A stretch of 37,174 bases of DNA from Verrucomicrobiota bacterium (GTDB lineage: Bacteria; Verrucomicrobiota; Verrucomicrobiia; Limisphaerales; UBA9464), in NCBI GenBank assembly GCA_039800465.1, contig JBDLQQ010000164.1, positions 1-37,174 on the forward strand. Reading direction: 5' to 3'. Made by a program: the position numbers and the translations under genes. Shown one piece after another: positions 9,938 through 20,940 of the stretch (positions within the stretch are counted from its first letter, which is position 1; each line of letters begins with the position of its first letter). The notes beneath the pieces are model-generated. The model was not told the DNA's origin. It ran no database searches and was given only the letters and a program-made list of their open reading frames with translations.

Positions 9938-12034
9938 ATGATGTCCCTGCGACACCTCGTCCCCCTGATCGCCTTCCTCGTCGCGGCAAGCCGTCTGATG
10001 GGATCGGAACCCGCACTGGTGGCGATCGGGGATCTCTGGCGGTATGACACCCGCGGCCTCCCCGCGGAGGCTGACTGGAACCAGTTGGGATTCAATGATG
10101 CCACATGGTCGGAGGGACGGTCCGGATTCGGCCGCACCACCTGGGGTGAGGCCACCCTGTTCCCCTGGACCAACCGCGGCTCCGGCACGGTGCTGTTCCG
10201 GAAGGAGTTCCAGATCACCGATCCCGGGACGATCCAGAACCTGGCCCTGCTCTGCGACTGGCAGGGTGGCTTCGTGGCCTACCTGAACGGCCAGGAATGC
10301 CTGAGGCGCGGGCTCGATGGAGCCCCCGGGACGCCGGTGCCCTTCGACCGGAAGGCCTCCTTCCGACCCGCCGGCGCCGCGGAGGTCCTGTCCCTCGACA
10401 CCGCCCTCCCCCTCCTGCGCGTGGGGACCAACCTCCTCGCCATCGCCGTCCACCCGACCGCCGGCAGCAGTTCCGATGTCGCCCTGGTCCCGGAACTCCT
10501 CGCCAACTTCACCCGGGGGCCCTACCTCCAGTCGGTCCTCACCCACCAGGCCCTCGTGATGTGGCGGACGCTGGAACCCCAGGCCGGCAGGGTCGACGTG
10601 GGACTCGCCCCCGACCTCTCGGATGCCCGGACAGTGGAATCCCGGCTCCGGACCAACATCCAGCAGGTCCTGCTCTCCGGACTTCCGCCCGGCACGCGCC
10701 ACTACTACCGCGTCTGGACCGACAAGGCCTCCTCACCGGTGCTGTCATTCCGGACACTCCCCGCCGAGGGGGATCTCGACATCGCCCTGATCGGGGATTC
10801 CGGCGCCGGCAGCGGCCCGCAGATCCAGGTCGCCCGCAACCTCAACCAGAAGCCCTACCAGCTCCTCCTGCACCTTGGGGACATCGTGTATCCAGCCCCC
10901 CATCCCGGACTCGCCGACACCCGGTTCCTCTCCGTCTACCGCCCCACACTCCGGTCCGCGGCCTCCTTCTTCGTCTGGGGGAACCACGATCTCTACACGG
11001 TTCCCGAGCACCTGCTGGAGGCGATCCGGACGCCCACCAACGACGTGCCGATGGAACGGCACGTGGCGGACCGGACCCGCCCGGAGTTCTACTACTCGTT
11101 CGACGCAGGGGACGCTCATTTCACGATGCTCTTCTGGCCCTACTCCAGCCAGTACGCGATGCGACCCGGATCCCCGCAGCTCGAATGGGCGGAGCGCGAT
11201 CTCGCGGGCAGCACCAAGCCGTGGAAGTTCATCTGCGTCCACAACCCACCCGCCACCTCCGGGGGCCATCGATACGACGACTTCGACAACACCAAGATCC
11301 CCGACAGCCAGGAGGTGGCGGCCCTGCTGATGCCCCTGGCCGCGCGATACGGGGTCCAGATGATCTTCTCCGGTCATGACCACAACTTCGAACGCCATCA
11401 TCCCGTCCAGGGGACCCACCGCATCGTCAGCGGCGGCGGTGGCATCGTCCTCTACGGGCTCGTCGAACGCGACGCCAACAGCGCGTTCTTCGAGCCGCGA
11501 TGGCACCATGTCGACCTCCAGCTGCGCGGGGATCGGCTGCGGCTCCGGGCCGTCGACCAGAGCGGCCTGGTGTTCGACGCCCTCGAGTTCCGCCGAACGG
11601 GTCCCGGTTCGGACGACCCGGACGGCGACGGCCTGGGCGCGGCGGCGGAACTGGCGCTCGGCACCCGGCAGGACACGCCCGACACCGATGGGGATGGACT
11701 GCACGATGGCTGGGAATTCCTGGAGGGGGCCCGTCCGGACGTCTCGGATCGGAAGCCCGACTGGAGCCACCTGACGCGCTGGAACGGGGGGGAGACGGTC
11801 CTCGACGGTCCCGTGGTCACCCTGGCCCGGGACACCTCGGGGGAGCGTGAACTGCGTTGGCTGGGGCGGGCGGGACATCGGGCCGTGATCGAGGAGGCCC
11901 CCGCCGCGGAGGGTCCCTGGGCGGCCGTGGCGAACCGGACCGACGGCGACCGGTTCCGCTCCGACCCCCAGCGGTGGCGGATCCCTTCCGACGCCACCTC
12001 CCGGTTCTTCCGGGTCCGTCTGGTGCCGGAATAG
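9938..12034 (+). CDS. Secreted purple acid phosphatase-family metallophosphoesterase with FN3-like domain and DxDGDG repeats
   Basis: All five PAP metal motifs are present: GDSG, GDIVY, GNHD, VHNP, GHDH. It also has an FN3-like LSGLPPGTRHYYRV segment, repeats DPDGDGL and DTDGDGLHDGWE, and a signal peptide. Confidence 0.9.
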   Translation: MMSLRHLVPLIAFLVAASRLMGSEPALVAIGDLWRYDTRGLPAEADWNQLGFNDATWSEGRSGFGRTTWGEATLFPWTNRGSGTVLFRKEFQITDPGTIQNLALLCDWQGGFVAYLNGQECLRRGLDGAPGTPVPFDRKASFRPAGAAEVLSLDTALPLLRVGTNLLAIAVHPTAGSSSDVALVPELLANFTRGPYLQSVLTHQALVMWRTLEPQAGRVDVGLAPDLSDARTVESRLRTNIQQVLLSGLPPGTRHYYRVWTDKASSPVLSFRTLPAEGDLDIALIGDSGAGSGPQIQVARNLNQKPYQLLLHLGDIVYPAPHPGLADTRFLSVYRPTLRSAASFFVWGNHDLYTVPEHLLEAIRTPTNDVPMERHVADRTRPEFYYSFDAGDAHFTMLFWPYSSQYAMRPGSPQLEWAERDLAGSTKPWKFICVHNPPATSGGHRYDDFDNTKIPDSQEVAALLMPLAARYGVQMIFSGHDHNFERHHPVQGTHRIVSGGGGIVLYGLVERDANSAFFEPRWHHVDLQLRGDRLRLRAVDQSGLVFDALEFRRTGPGSDDPDGDGLGAAAELALGTRQDTPDTDGDGLHDGWEFLEGARPDVSDRKPDWSHLTRWNGGETVLDGPVVTLARDTSGERELRWLGRAGHRAVIEEAPAAEGPWAAVANRTDGDRFRSDPQRWRIPSDATSRFFRVRLVPE

Positions 12035-12170
12035 ACCGTATTCCGGTCGGTCACGACTCCCTGTTGAGGGCAGCTGGGAAATCGCGGGTCTCCCCAGTTT
12101 TGTGGACTTGGCAGAGGCTTCCCCGACCGCCACCGTGACAACGTCCGATCACACTCCAACCCGAGCCCCC

Positions 12171-12890
12171 ATGCCGTCGAACCCCGTCCAGATCTTCTGG
12201 CGCCAACCGTGGAATGCCCACGCCCGGCGCACCCTCGCGGATGCCCTGGACCCGATGGGTCTCTGCCTCGGTGAACTCGCCTCCCAGCGCCTCGATGTCG
12301 GCACCGGCACCGTCGGGGGCCTCCCGGTGCCCGAGTGCGTCTTCTGGGGACCCGCCGGCGCCGGCTGGTGCTGCCTGCACCTCACCCAGGGATGGGACCG
12401 TGCCGAGGAGCTGGCCCTCGGTCTGGCCCGGGTCTCCGGCCAACCCTGCCTCGTCATGACCGACCACGACCAGGAGGCCTGGAGCCTCGACCTGATCGAG
12501 ACCGGGTCACCGATCCGGAGATTCCTCAGCCACGACCACCTGCCGCCCTTCAACGCCCCCGTCGAACCGCTCGACCCGGACACGCTTTCCCGACGGGTCG
12601 AGGTGCCTGCGGAGCGGCTTGCCGGCTACCTGAGGATCCAATCCCTCCAGAACCCCTCTCCCGACAAGGTGCATCCCCAGGACCGGTTCACGCTGGGCGA
12701 GGCCTGGGTGCGGGTGGACCTCCTCCGCACGATGGGCATCGCCTTCGCCGGGCCGACAGAATCGGCCCTCGGACGATTCTGTCGCATCCTTCCCAAATCC
12801 CCGGAGGCCCCGGAATCCCCGGAGACGCCCCAGACGCAACCCAAGGTCCAGGTGCAGACCGCGCCCCAGTCCCCCTGGCGCTGGAACTGA
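12171..12890 (+). CDS. Hypothetical protein
   Basis: Globular-looking ORF with typical codon usage that fills the gap between two genes. It has a P/E/Q-rich tail and no recognised motif. Confidence 0.7.
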   Translation: MPSNPVQIFWRQPWNAHARRTLADALDPMGLCLGELASQRLDVGTGTVGGLPVPECVFWGPAGAGWCCLHLTQGWDRAEELALGLARVSGQPCLVMTDHDQEAWSLDLIETGSPIRRFLSHDHLPPFNAPVEPLDPDTLSRRVEVPAERLAGYLRIQSLQNPSPDKVHPQDRFTLGEAWVRVDLLRTMGIAFAGPTESALGRFCRILPKSPEAPESPETPQTQPKVQVQTAPQSPWRWN

Positions 12891-12941
12891 TCCCATCCTG
12901 CTCCCTGCCAGACCGGCACAGGGCAGACGCAGCCGGACCGC

Positions 12942-14264
<1,323 letters not shown>

Positions 14265-14433
14265 GGGCGGATCGGAGGACGCTCAGAAAGCCGGAGATGC
14301 TGGGGATGTCCTCGATGCCCGACAAGGCTCGGGATCCAGTGCCCTTCGCTCCCCGTCCACCGCCGCGGACCTGCGCCCCCCGGTTCCGTGCTGCACCTCG
14401 GAATCCCCATCCAGCCGGCGATCCACCAGGTCA

Positions 14434-15510
14434 TCACGCGGTCGCCGACAGCGTCGGATAGTCGATGTATCCCTTGGCGCCGCCCCTGTAGAAGGTCGAC
14501 GGATCCGGCGTGTTCAGCGGGGCCCCCGCCTGGATCCGTGCGGGCAGATCGGGATTGGCGAGGAATGCCGTTCCGAATGCCACGGCGTCGACCGAGCCCG
14601 ATTCGACGGCGAGCGCGGCCTCCCCAGGCGAATAGCCCATGTTCGCGACCAGCGGCCCGTTGAAGGCGCGGCGCGCCAGGCCCAGGACATCTCCCTGCTG
14701 CCTGCCGAGGAAATCGGCGCGCATCAGATGGAGGTACGAGAGTCCGCGCCCTGAAAGTGCGTGGCAGAGATGGGTCGTCAGTCCCATCGGATCGCTGTCC
14801 TGCATCGCGTTGTAGCTGTTCAGCGGGGAGATGCGCAGACCGACCCGACCGTGCCCGAAGACGGTGGCGACGACGTCGACGACCTCGAGCATGAGCCGTG
14901 CACGGTTCTCAACGGGGCCTCCGTAAGGGCCGCTGCGGCGGTTGCTGCCATCCCGCAGGAACTGGTCGAGCAGGTAGCCGTTCGCGCCGTGCACCTCGAC
15001 GCCGTCAAACCCCGCACGCCTGGCGTTCTCCGCCGCCCTCCGGAATCCCTCGACGACTGCCGGAATCTCGTCGTCCCGCAGCTCCCGCGGCGTCTCGTAC
15101 GGCTTCGGGCCTTCGGGCGTATGGATGTGGTCGCCCTCGATCGCAATCGCGCTCGGCGCCACCGGCTGCGCGCCGCCGTTCAGGAGCGAGTGGCAGGCGC
15201 GCCCGCCATGCCAGAGCTGGAGATAGATGCGCCCGCCCACCTGGTGGACGGCATCGGTGGTCCTGCGCCAGCCAGCCACCTGGGCCTCCGAATGGATGCC
15301 CGGGGCCCCCATGAACGCGCAGTGGTTGGCGATCGCCATGGTCGCCTCGGCGATCAGGAGGCCCGCACTCGCACGCTGCGCGTAATGGGTCGCGATCAGG
15401 TCGCCGGGAACATCGCCCGCCTCGGAACGGCATCGTGTGAGCGGCGCCATGAAGATGCGGTTCGGGACCTCGAGTGAGCCGAGCTGGAACGGTGAGAAGA
15501 GCGATGGCAT
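14434..15510 (-). CDS. nemA: Old yellow enzyme-family alkene reductase (NemA-like)
   Basis: NRIFMAPLTR, QLWHGGR, HGANGYLLDQF and ANPDLP...FY..G.KGYIDYP. Start placed at MPSLFSP (15510). Confidence 0.9.
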   Translation of the reverse strand: MPSLFSPFQLGSLEVPNRIFMAPLTRCRSEAGDVPGDLIATHYAQRASAGLLIAEATMAIANHCAFMGAPGIHSEAQVAGWRRTTDAVHQVGGRIYLQLWHGGRACHSLLNGGAQPVAPSAIAIEGDHIHTPEGPKPYETPRELRDDEIPAVVEGFRRAAENARRAGFDGVEVHGANGYLLDQFLRDGSNRRSGPYGGPVENRARLMLEVVDVVATVFGHGRVGLRISPLNSYNAMQDSDPMGLTTHLCHALSGRGLSYLHLMRADFLGRQQGDVLGLARRAFNGPLVANMGYSPGEAALAVESGSVDAVAFGTAFLANPDLPARIQAGAPLNTPDPSTFYRGGAKGYIDYPTLSATA

Positions 15511-15854
15511 GGAAGTGGATGGGGCTTGGTTCAGCGTGAAACTCCGGAACATTCGATGAACCCAGGGACCATTCCGGACTGTCATGGTGGTCGATGACCC
15601 CGGGGGGAATGGTGGTGGCCCTGGAGGACTCTGTCACCCCATCAGAAACGATCCTGTTCCGGGTGTTGGACCTCGAAGGTCCGACCGCTGAGAAGCTTCA
15701 GGGCTTCAGGCGACCGCACTCCTCGAGCACCTCACCGTGCTCTGAAGCCCTGCCGGTGGTTGCGTGGCCGCCGGGTGCCCGCCGTGCACCCGGGTGCTGC
15801 AGGGCACTGCATCACCCACCCCACGCCTCTGGGGTCCGCTCGGCGAACCGGACG

Positions 15855-18422
15855 CTAGACTCCCCCCACCCGCCCGAGGCGCTTCCAGTGCAGGACCGGT
15901 TCGCGAGTCTCCCGGGAGGCTCGGAGATCGACCTCCAGTTCGATCACCCAGTCGTTGAGGCCGTCCGGGTCGACCAGCACCTGTTCGACCCGCCACCGGG
16001 ATCTGTCCTCCGAGGGGATCACATGTGTGTGGCGAAGGTTCCGGGCCTCGGGATGGAAACAGAACCCCTCGTGTTCCTGGTGGTAGGCCTCGAGGGACTG
16101 GGTCCAGAGGGTCTCCGGCCGGGCCGTCGGACCCAGCGCCGCCAGCGACTCCGGATCCACCTGGACCAATCCCTCCGCCGCGGTCCAGTCCGCATCCACG
16201 AAGGCCCGCATCAGGTTGAAGATCCGGGTCCGGACCAGCGCGAGGAAGGCCTTCGGGTCGCGGGTGACATCCTGGGCCGCCTCCTCGGCGCCCGGAGGCC
16301 GGATCTCCGGGACCTCCGGCTTCGTCGGGACCCGCGAGGGATCCCGCAGCTTCTCCCATTCGTCGAGCAGGCTGGAATCGACCTGCCGCAGCATCAGCCG
16401 CAGGTACTCCTCCATCTCCAGCAGGGTCTCGGTCTTGGCGGCCACGGGGACGGTCTGGGAGAGGACCTTGTAGACGCTGTTGAGATGCCGGAGCAGGACG
16501 CCCTCGGCGCGCTGCAGCTCGTACAGGCGCAGGTAGTCGGCGAAGGTCCGGAAGTCCTCGAACATCTCCCGGGCGATGGACTTCGGCCGGATGTTCTCCT
16601 GTCCGACCCATGGATGCCGGGCCGCCCAGGCGTTGAAGGTCTCGTAGATGAACTCCCGACGCGGCTTCGGATGCTCCAGCTTCTCGAGCTCCTCCATCCG
16701 CTGGTCGTACTCCATCCCCTGGGCCTTCAGCTCGGCCACCTTCTGGGACTTCAGCCGGTTCAACTGCGCCCTCAGGATGACGTCGGGATCCTCCAGGATG
16801 GACTCGACGAGCGTGATCACGTCGAGGCCGTAGTCCGGCGCCTCGCGGTCGAGGATCGGAAGGGTGTCGAGGAGGAACAGGGACAGCGCCTGGTTGAGCG
16901 AGAAGTCCTCCGGGAGGCTGACATTCACCCGGAGTTTGGGTCCCGGATCCCCGGGTCTCCCCAGCGTGATGATCTCGCGCTCGACCAGCGACCGGAAGAG
17001 CTGCCAGGCGCGTTTCCGGTGGACCCGCTTCTGGTTGGGGGATTCGTGGGACCGCCGGACCAGATCGGCCATGGCGCCACAGCCATCACCTGGACGTCCC
17101 AGCACCTGGAGGAGGGTCGCGTGGGTGACCTGGAACCGCGACGTCAGCCGTTCCGGAGGGGAGGTCTGCAACCGCTCGTAGGTCTTGCGGTCCCAGTTCA
17201 CGAAGTTTTTGTCAGGTGGCTGGCGCTTGACCACCTTCTTTCCGTCCCGCTTCGCCTTCTCCTCGAGCCGGAGGTTCTCGATCACGTGCTCGGGGGCCTG
17301 GGCCACGACCCAGCCGACGGAGTCGAACCCCTTGCGTCCCGCCCGGCCAGCGATCTGGTGGAAGTCCCGGACCGAGAGGATCCCGACCTTCTGGCCATCG
17401 AACTTGCAGAGTCGCGTGAACAGGACGGTCCGGATCGGGACGTTGATGCCGACGCCCAGGGTGTCGGTGCCGCAGATGACCTTGAGCCGTCCCTTCTGCG
17501 CGAGCTGCTCGACGAGGATCCGGTATTTCGGGAGCAGGCCGGCGTGGTGGAGTCCGATCCCCTGGCGGAGCCATTTCTTGAGCTCGGGTCCGTAGGGGCT
17601 GCTGAAGCGGAACCCCTCGAGCTCCGAGGCGAGGACGGCCTTCTCCTCGCGGGTGGCGACGGGGAGGCTGGTGAAGTCCTGCGCGCTCTGGGCCGCCTCC
17701 GCCTGGGTGAAGTGCACCACGTAGACGGGCGCCTTCCCGTCGGCCAGCAGCGTCTCGACGGTCTGGGCCAGCGGGGTCTCGGCGTACGAGAACTCCAGCG
17801 GCACCGGACGGGTGACGGACTTCACGATCGTCGTCGCCCGGCCGTTCAGCCGGGTCAGCTCCCCGGCGAAGAAATCCGTCTCGCCCAGCGTGGCCGACAT
17901 CAGGAGGAACCGGGCCTGCGGCAGGGTCAGCAGCGGGATCTGCCAGGCCACGCCGCGGTCGCGGTCCGAATAGTAGTGGAACTCGTCCATCACGACGTCA
18001 TGGACCCGCGCCTCGGGACCATCGCGGAGCGCGATGTTGGCCAGGATCTCGGCGGTGCAGCAGAGGATGGGGGCGTCGTGGTTGACCGTGGCATCGCCCG
18101 TGGCGAGGCCGACGTTCTCGGGTCCGAACTCCCGGCAGAGGGCGAGCCACTTCTCGTTCACCAGGGCCTTGATCGGACAGGTGTAGACCGAGCGTCGCCC
18201 CCGGGCGAGGGACTGGAAGTGGAGGGCCGCCGCCACGAGGGATTTCCCGGATCCGGTCGGGGTGTTGAGGATGACATTGCGGTCCTCGAACAGCTCGAGG
18301 ATCGCCTCCTCCTGGGCCGGATACAGGGAGAGTCCCCGGGAGGTGGCGTGGTCGAGGAAGCCTCCGAGCAGCGCATCGCTGCTGGTGGAGGTCATCCGGA
18401 CCAGTTGGTCGTACAGGGTCAC
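15855..18422 (-). CDS. Ski2/HelY-like DEAD/DEAH helicase with DUF3516-type C-terminus
   Basis: [34 protein letters not shown] and QIAGRAGR. Likely start is GTG 18422; the longer N-terminal extension in the track translates intergenic repeats. Confidence 0.92.
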   Translation of the reverse strand: MTLYDQLVRMTSTSSDALLGGFLDHATSRGLSLYPAQEEAILELFEDRNVILNTPTGSGKSLVAAALHFQSLARGRRSVYTCPIKALVNEKWLALCREFGPENVGLATGDATVNHDAPILCCTAEILANIALRDGPEARVHDVVMDEFHYYSDRDRGVAWQIPLLTLPQARFLLMSATLGETDFFAGELTRLNGRATTIVKSVTRPVPLEFSYAETPLAQTVETLLADGKAPVYVVHFTQAEAAQSAQDFTSLPVATREEKAVLASELEGFRFSSPYGPELKKWLRQGIGLHHAGLLPKYRILVEQLAQKGRLKVICGTDTLGVGINVPIRTVLFTRLCKFDGQKVGILSVRDFHQIAGRAGRKGFDSVGWVVAQAPEHVIENLRLEEKAKRDGKKVVKRQPPDKNFVNWDRKTYERLQTSPPERLTSRFQVTHATLLQVLGRPGDGCGAMADLVRRSHESPNQKRVHRKRAWQLFRSLVEREIITLGRPGDPGPKLRVNVSLPEDFSLNQALSLFLLDTLPILDREAPDYGLDVITLVESILEDPDVILRAQLNRLKSQKVAELKAQGMEYDQRMEELEKLEHPKPRREFIYETFNAWAARHPWVGQENIRPKSIAREMFEDFRTFADYLRLYELQRAEGVLLRHLNSVYKVLSQTVPVAAKTETLLEMEEYLRLMLRQVDSSLLDEWEKLRDPSRVPTKPEVPEIRPPGAEEAAQDVTRDPKAFLALVRTRIFNLMRAFVDADWTAAEGLVQVDPESLAALGPTARPETLWTQSLEAYHQEHEGFCFHPEARNLRHTHVIPSEDRSRWRVEQVLVDPDGLNDWVIELEVDLRASRETREPVLHWKRLGRVGGV

Positions 18423-18591
18423 GGCACCAAGGAAGCCACAGCGCGCGAGGAAGAGCACGGGTTTAGAGCCGATCCCGATACGGCTTCCGCGGCGGGACCA
18501 CGACAACCCGGATCCCCGCCCGATCCGAGATTGTGAACATCTTCTGAAATGGACCCTTGCGTTCGCGGGGTGGCCGACGAACCTGCTTTCC

Positions 18592-18696
18592 GGAATCCCG
18601 TCGCCCCGCTGGGTTTCCATCCGTTTTCCCGGGAGTTCAGTCTCCCGGAGGTGGGGTGGCCGGGGATGGCTTTCGGGTCGTCCTCGGCCTTTTTCA
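18592..18696 (+). ncRNA. Candidate ~105-nt sRNA or attenuator leader with three hairpins
   Basis: Hairpins at 18592-18618, 18629-18648 and 18658-18689. A promoter-like TTGCGT-N16-GAACCT lies at 18557-18584. It matches no RNA family I recognise. Confidence 0.4.
18658..18694 (+). terminator. Intrinsic terminator
   Basis: 13-bp stem ggccggggatggc/gtcgtcctcggcc (three G-U pairs), a UUCG-containing loop, then TTTTT. Confidence 0.75.
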
Positions 18697-18751
18697 TTCC
18701 CCCGTCTCCACACCGTTTTCCGCATCTTCCTTTCCCTCCCTCCCCTCTCCC

Positions 18752-18778
18752 AATTCGTTGAATTCGTGAAATTCGTGT
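18752..18778. repeat. 9-bp tandem repeat (AATTCGTKN)x3
   Basis: aattcgttg aattcgtga aattcgtgt. Confidence 0.75.
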
Positions 18779-18870
18779 CAACCGCCTCCCCCCTTTCTGT
18801 TGTCCCGGACGACACGGTCCCGAAATTCGCCTTTGTGATTCGAGGACGTCGTTCCTAGGTTTGCCCCCAC

Positions 18871-19560
18871 ATGAACCGCACCGTTGCCGAGTTGGGATTT
18901 CCAGGACGGCTGATCGCCGTCGAGGGTCTCGACGGCTCCGGGAAATCCACCCAGGTGCACCTGCTGCAGAAGTGGCTCGAGCAGCAGGGCTGCAAGGTGT
19001 TCTTCTCCGAATGGAACTCATCGGCCCTGGTCAAGAGCGCCACCAGCCGCGGCAAGAAGGAGAACCTGCTCACTCCCACCACCTTCAGCCTGATCCATGC
19101 GACCGACTTCGCCGACCGCTACGAGCGCCAGCTCCTGCCGCTGCTGAGGGCCGGATATCTCGTGCTCTGCGACCGCTACATCTTCACGGCCTTCGCGCGC
19201 GACGTCGTCCGGGGCGTCCCGCCCGACTGGGTCCGGGGCGTCTACAGCCATGCCGCCCTGCCGGACCTGACCTTCTTCTTCAAGGCCAGCCTCGAGGTGT
19301 CCCTCGCCCGCATCCTCGACAACCGGCCGGTCCTGAAGTTCCACGAGGCCGGGATGGACCTCCATCTGTCCACCGACCCCTATGAGAGCTTCCGCCTCTT
19401 CCAGGGAAGGATCTTCGAGCAGTACCTCGCGATGAGCATGGAGTTCAACTTCATCATGATCGACGCGAACGACCGCATCGAGGCCCAGCAGGACGTGGTC
19501 CGCCGGCTGGTCTCGAACCGCATCCGCCTCGCCGACTACCGCACCGCATCGGCCACCTGA
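18871..19560 (+). CDS. Thymidylate kinase-like P-loop protein, copy 1
   Basis: EGLDGSGKST P-loop, DRY motif and PDLTFF. It lacks the canonical REPGG and AYQG motifs. Confidence 0.88.
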   Translation: MNRTVAELGFPGRLIAVEGLDGSGKSTQVHLLQKWLEQQGCKVFFSEWNSSALVKSATSRGKKENLLTPTTFSLIHATDFADRYERQLLPLLRAGYLVLCDRYIFTAFARDVVRGVPPDWVRGVYSHAALPDLTFFFKASLEVSLARILDNRPVLKFHEAGMDLHLSTDPYESFRLFQGRIFEQYLAMSMEFNFIMIDANDRIEAQQDVVRRLVSNRIRLADYRTASAT

Positions 19561-19563
19561 TCC

Positions 19564-20334
19564 ATGCCCCGACGCCCCGCCAGACCCTCCCGCCGGACCT
19601 CCCGGTCCCCCGCCAGCACCCGGGTCGTGGTCCCCGAGATCACCCCGAAGAAGTTCTTCGGACACGGACTGCCCGGCGTGGACCTGGAGAAGCTCACCGG
19701 GAAGCTGATCGTCATCGAGGGGGCGGATGGCTCGGGCCGGTCGACCCAGATCTCGCGGCTGGTGGAATGGCTGGAGGGGACGGGACATGCCACGCTGCAG
19801 GTCGGGCTCAAGCGTTCCACCCTCGTCAGCGAGCAGCTCGAGCAGGCCCAGCAGGGCAACATCCTCTCCCGCACCACCCTCTCGCTGTTCTACGCGACCG
19901 ACTTCGCCGACCAGCTCGAGCACGCCATCCTGCCCGCCCTCCGGGCCGGCGCAGTGGTCCTCGCCGACCGCTACATCTACACCCTCATGGCCCGGGACCT
20001 CGTCCGGGGGATGGATGAAGCCTGGCTGCGGAACCTGTACGGCATCGCCCTCGTCCCGGACGCCGTCTTCTATCTCGAGGTCTCCCCGGAACAGCTGGTG
20101 CAGCGCGTCTTCGCCAAGAACCAGTCCCTCGACTTCTGGGAGAGCGGCATGGACCTCGGGCTGTCGCGCGACATGTTCGACAGCTTCCTCAAGTACCAGG
20201 CGGCGATGCGGGAGACGTTCCGACGGCTCCAGTCGACCTACCGGTTCAGGATCATCGACGGCGAACGGTCGACCGCCTCGATCAGCGAGGAGCTGAAGGA
20301 ACGGATCGAGGTCGTCCTCGCCTCCGGACGCTAG
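19564..20334 (+). CDS. Thymidylate kinase-like P-loop protein, copy 2 (Walker A Lys replaced by Arg)
   Basis: EGADGSGRST, DRY and PDAVFY. It is paralogous to the upstream gene and starts 3 bp after it. Confidence 0.88.
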   Translation: MPRRPARPSRRTSRSPASTRVVVPEITPKKFFGHGLPGVDLEKLTGKLIVIEGADGSGRSTQISRLVEWLEGTGHATLQVGLKRSTLVSEQLEQAQQGNILSRTTLSLFYATDFADQLEHAILPALRAGAVVLADRYIYTLMARDLVRGMDEAWLRNLYGIALVPDAVFYLEVSPEQLVQRVFAKNQSLDFWESGMDLGLSRDMFDSFLKYQAAMRETFRRLQSTYRFRIIDGERSTASISEELKERIEVVLASGR

Positions 20335-20364
20335 GAAGGGGCCAGCAGGGGGCAGCGCGGTGGT

Positions 20365-20829
20365 TCAGGCGCCCACCGGGCGCTTGGACTTTGAGACCAA
20401 CCGGATGTCCCCGATGACCATGGACCGGTCGACCGCCTTGCACATGTCGTAGAGCGTCAGGGCCGCGACGCTCACCGCGGTCAACGCCTCCATCTCCACC
20501 CCAGTCCCTGCCACGATGCCGGTCGTGGCCCGGATCACGATGCGATCGCGGGTCGCGGGGATCTCGAGGTCCACATCGCAGCGGGTGAGGCCGAGGGGAT
20601 GGCACAGCGGGATGAGGTCGGAGGTCCGCTTGGCGGCCATGATCCCGGCAAGCCGGGCGGTGGCGAGGACGTTGCCCTTGGCGATGGCGTTGGACTCGAC
20701 CAGGCCCAGGGTGGCCTCCGACAGGCGGATCTCGCCGCACGCGACCGCCTCCCGGGCTACGGCGGGCTTGGCCGAGACGTCGACCATCCGGGCGTCGCCG
20801 GAATCGTCGATGTGGGACAGTGTCGACAT
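20365..20829 (-). CDS. moaC: Cyclic pyranopterin monophosphate synthase MoaC
   Basis: LSHID..G.ARMVDVSAK, AGIMAAKRTSDLIPLCHPL, TGVEMEALTAVS and YDMCKAVD. Start at ATG 20829. Confidence 0.96.
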   Translation of the reverse strand: MSTLSHIDDSGDARMVDVSAKPAVAREAVACGEIRLSEATLGLVESNAIAKGNVLATARLAGIMAAKRTSDLIPLCHPLGLTRCDVDLEIPATRDRIVIRATTGIVAGTGVEMEALTAVSVAALTLYDMCKAVDRSMVIGDIRLVSKSKRPVGA

Positions 20830-20835
20830 GGGCCC

Positions 20836-20863
20836 AGACTGCGGCGGCGGGGGGACTTGGCAA
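20836..20863 (-). promoter_or_regulatory. Putative sigma70-type promoter for a leaderless moaC transcript
   Basis: TTGCCA-N16-CAGTCT-N6-ATG with no Shine-Dalgarno. The same geometry recurs at other genes. Confidence 0.5.
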
Positions 20864-20940
20864 GCCCATGGGACGGGCTGGGATTCCCTGTTGGCAAACC
20901 CGGAGGCCAGACCCCACCCTTGCCCCAGCGTCAGGTCCCG

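Noticed and set aside
12026-12046. 8-bp perfect stem over the phosphatase stop codon
   Set aside because: It has no U-tract and could be chance or a simple stabiliser.
18423-18815. 131-aa N-terminal extension of the helicase in the ORF track
   Set aside because: It translates intergenic repeats and the terminator region; helicase-like sequence starts near GTG 18422.
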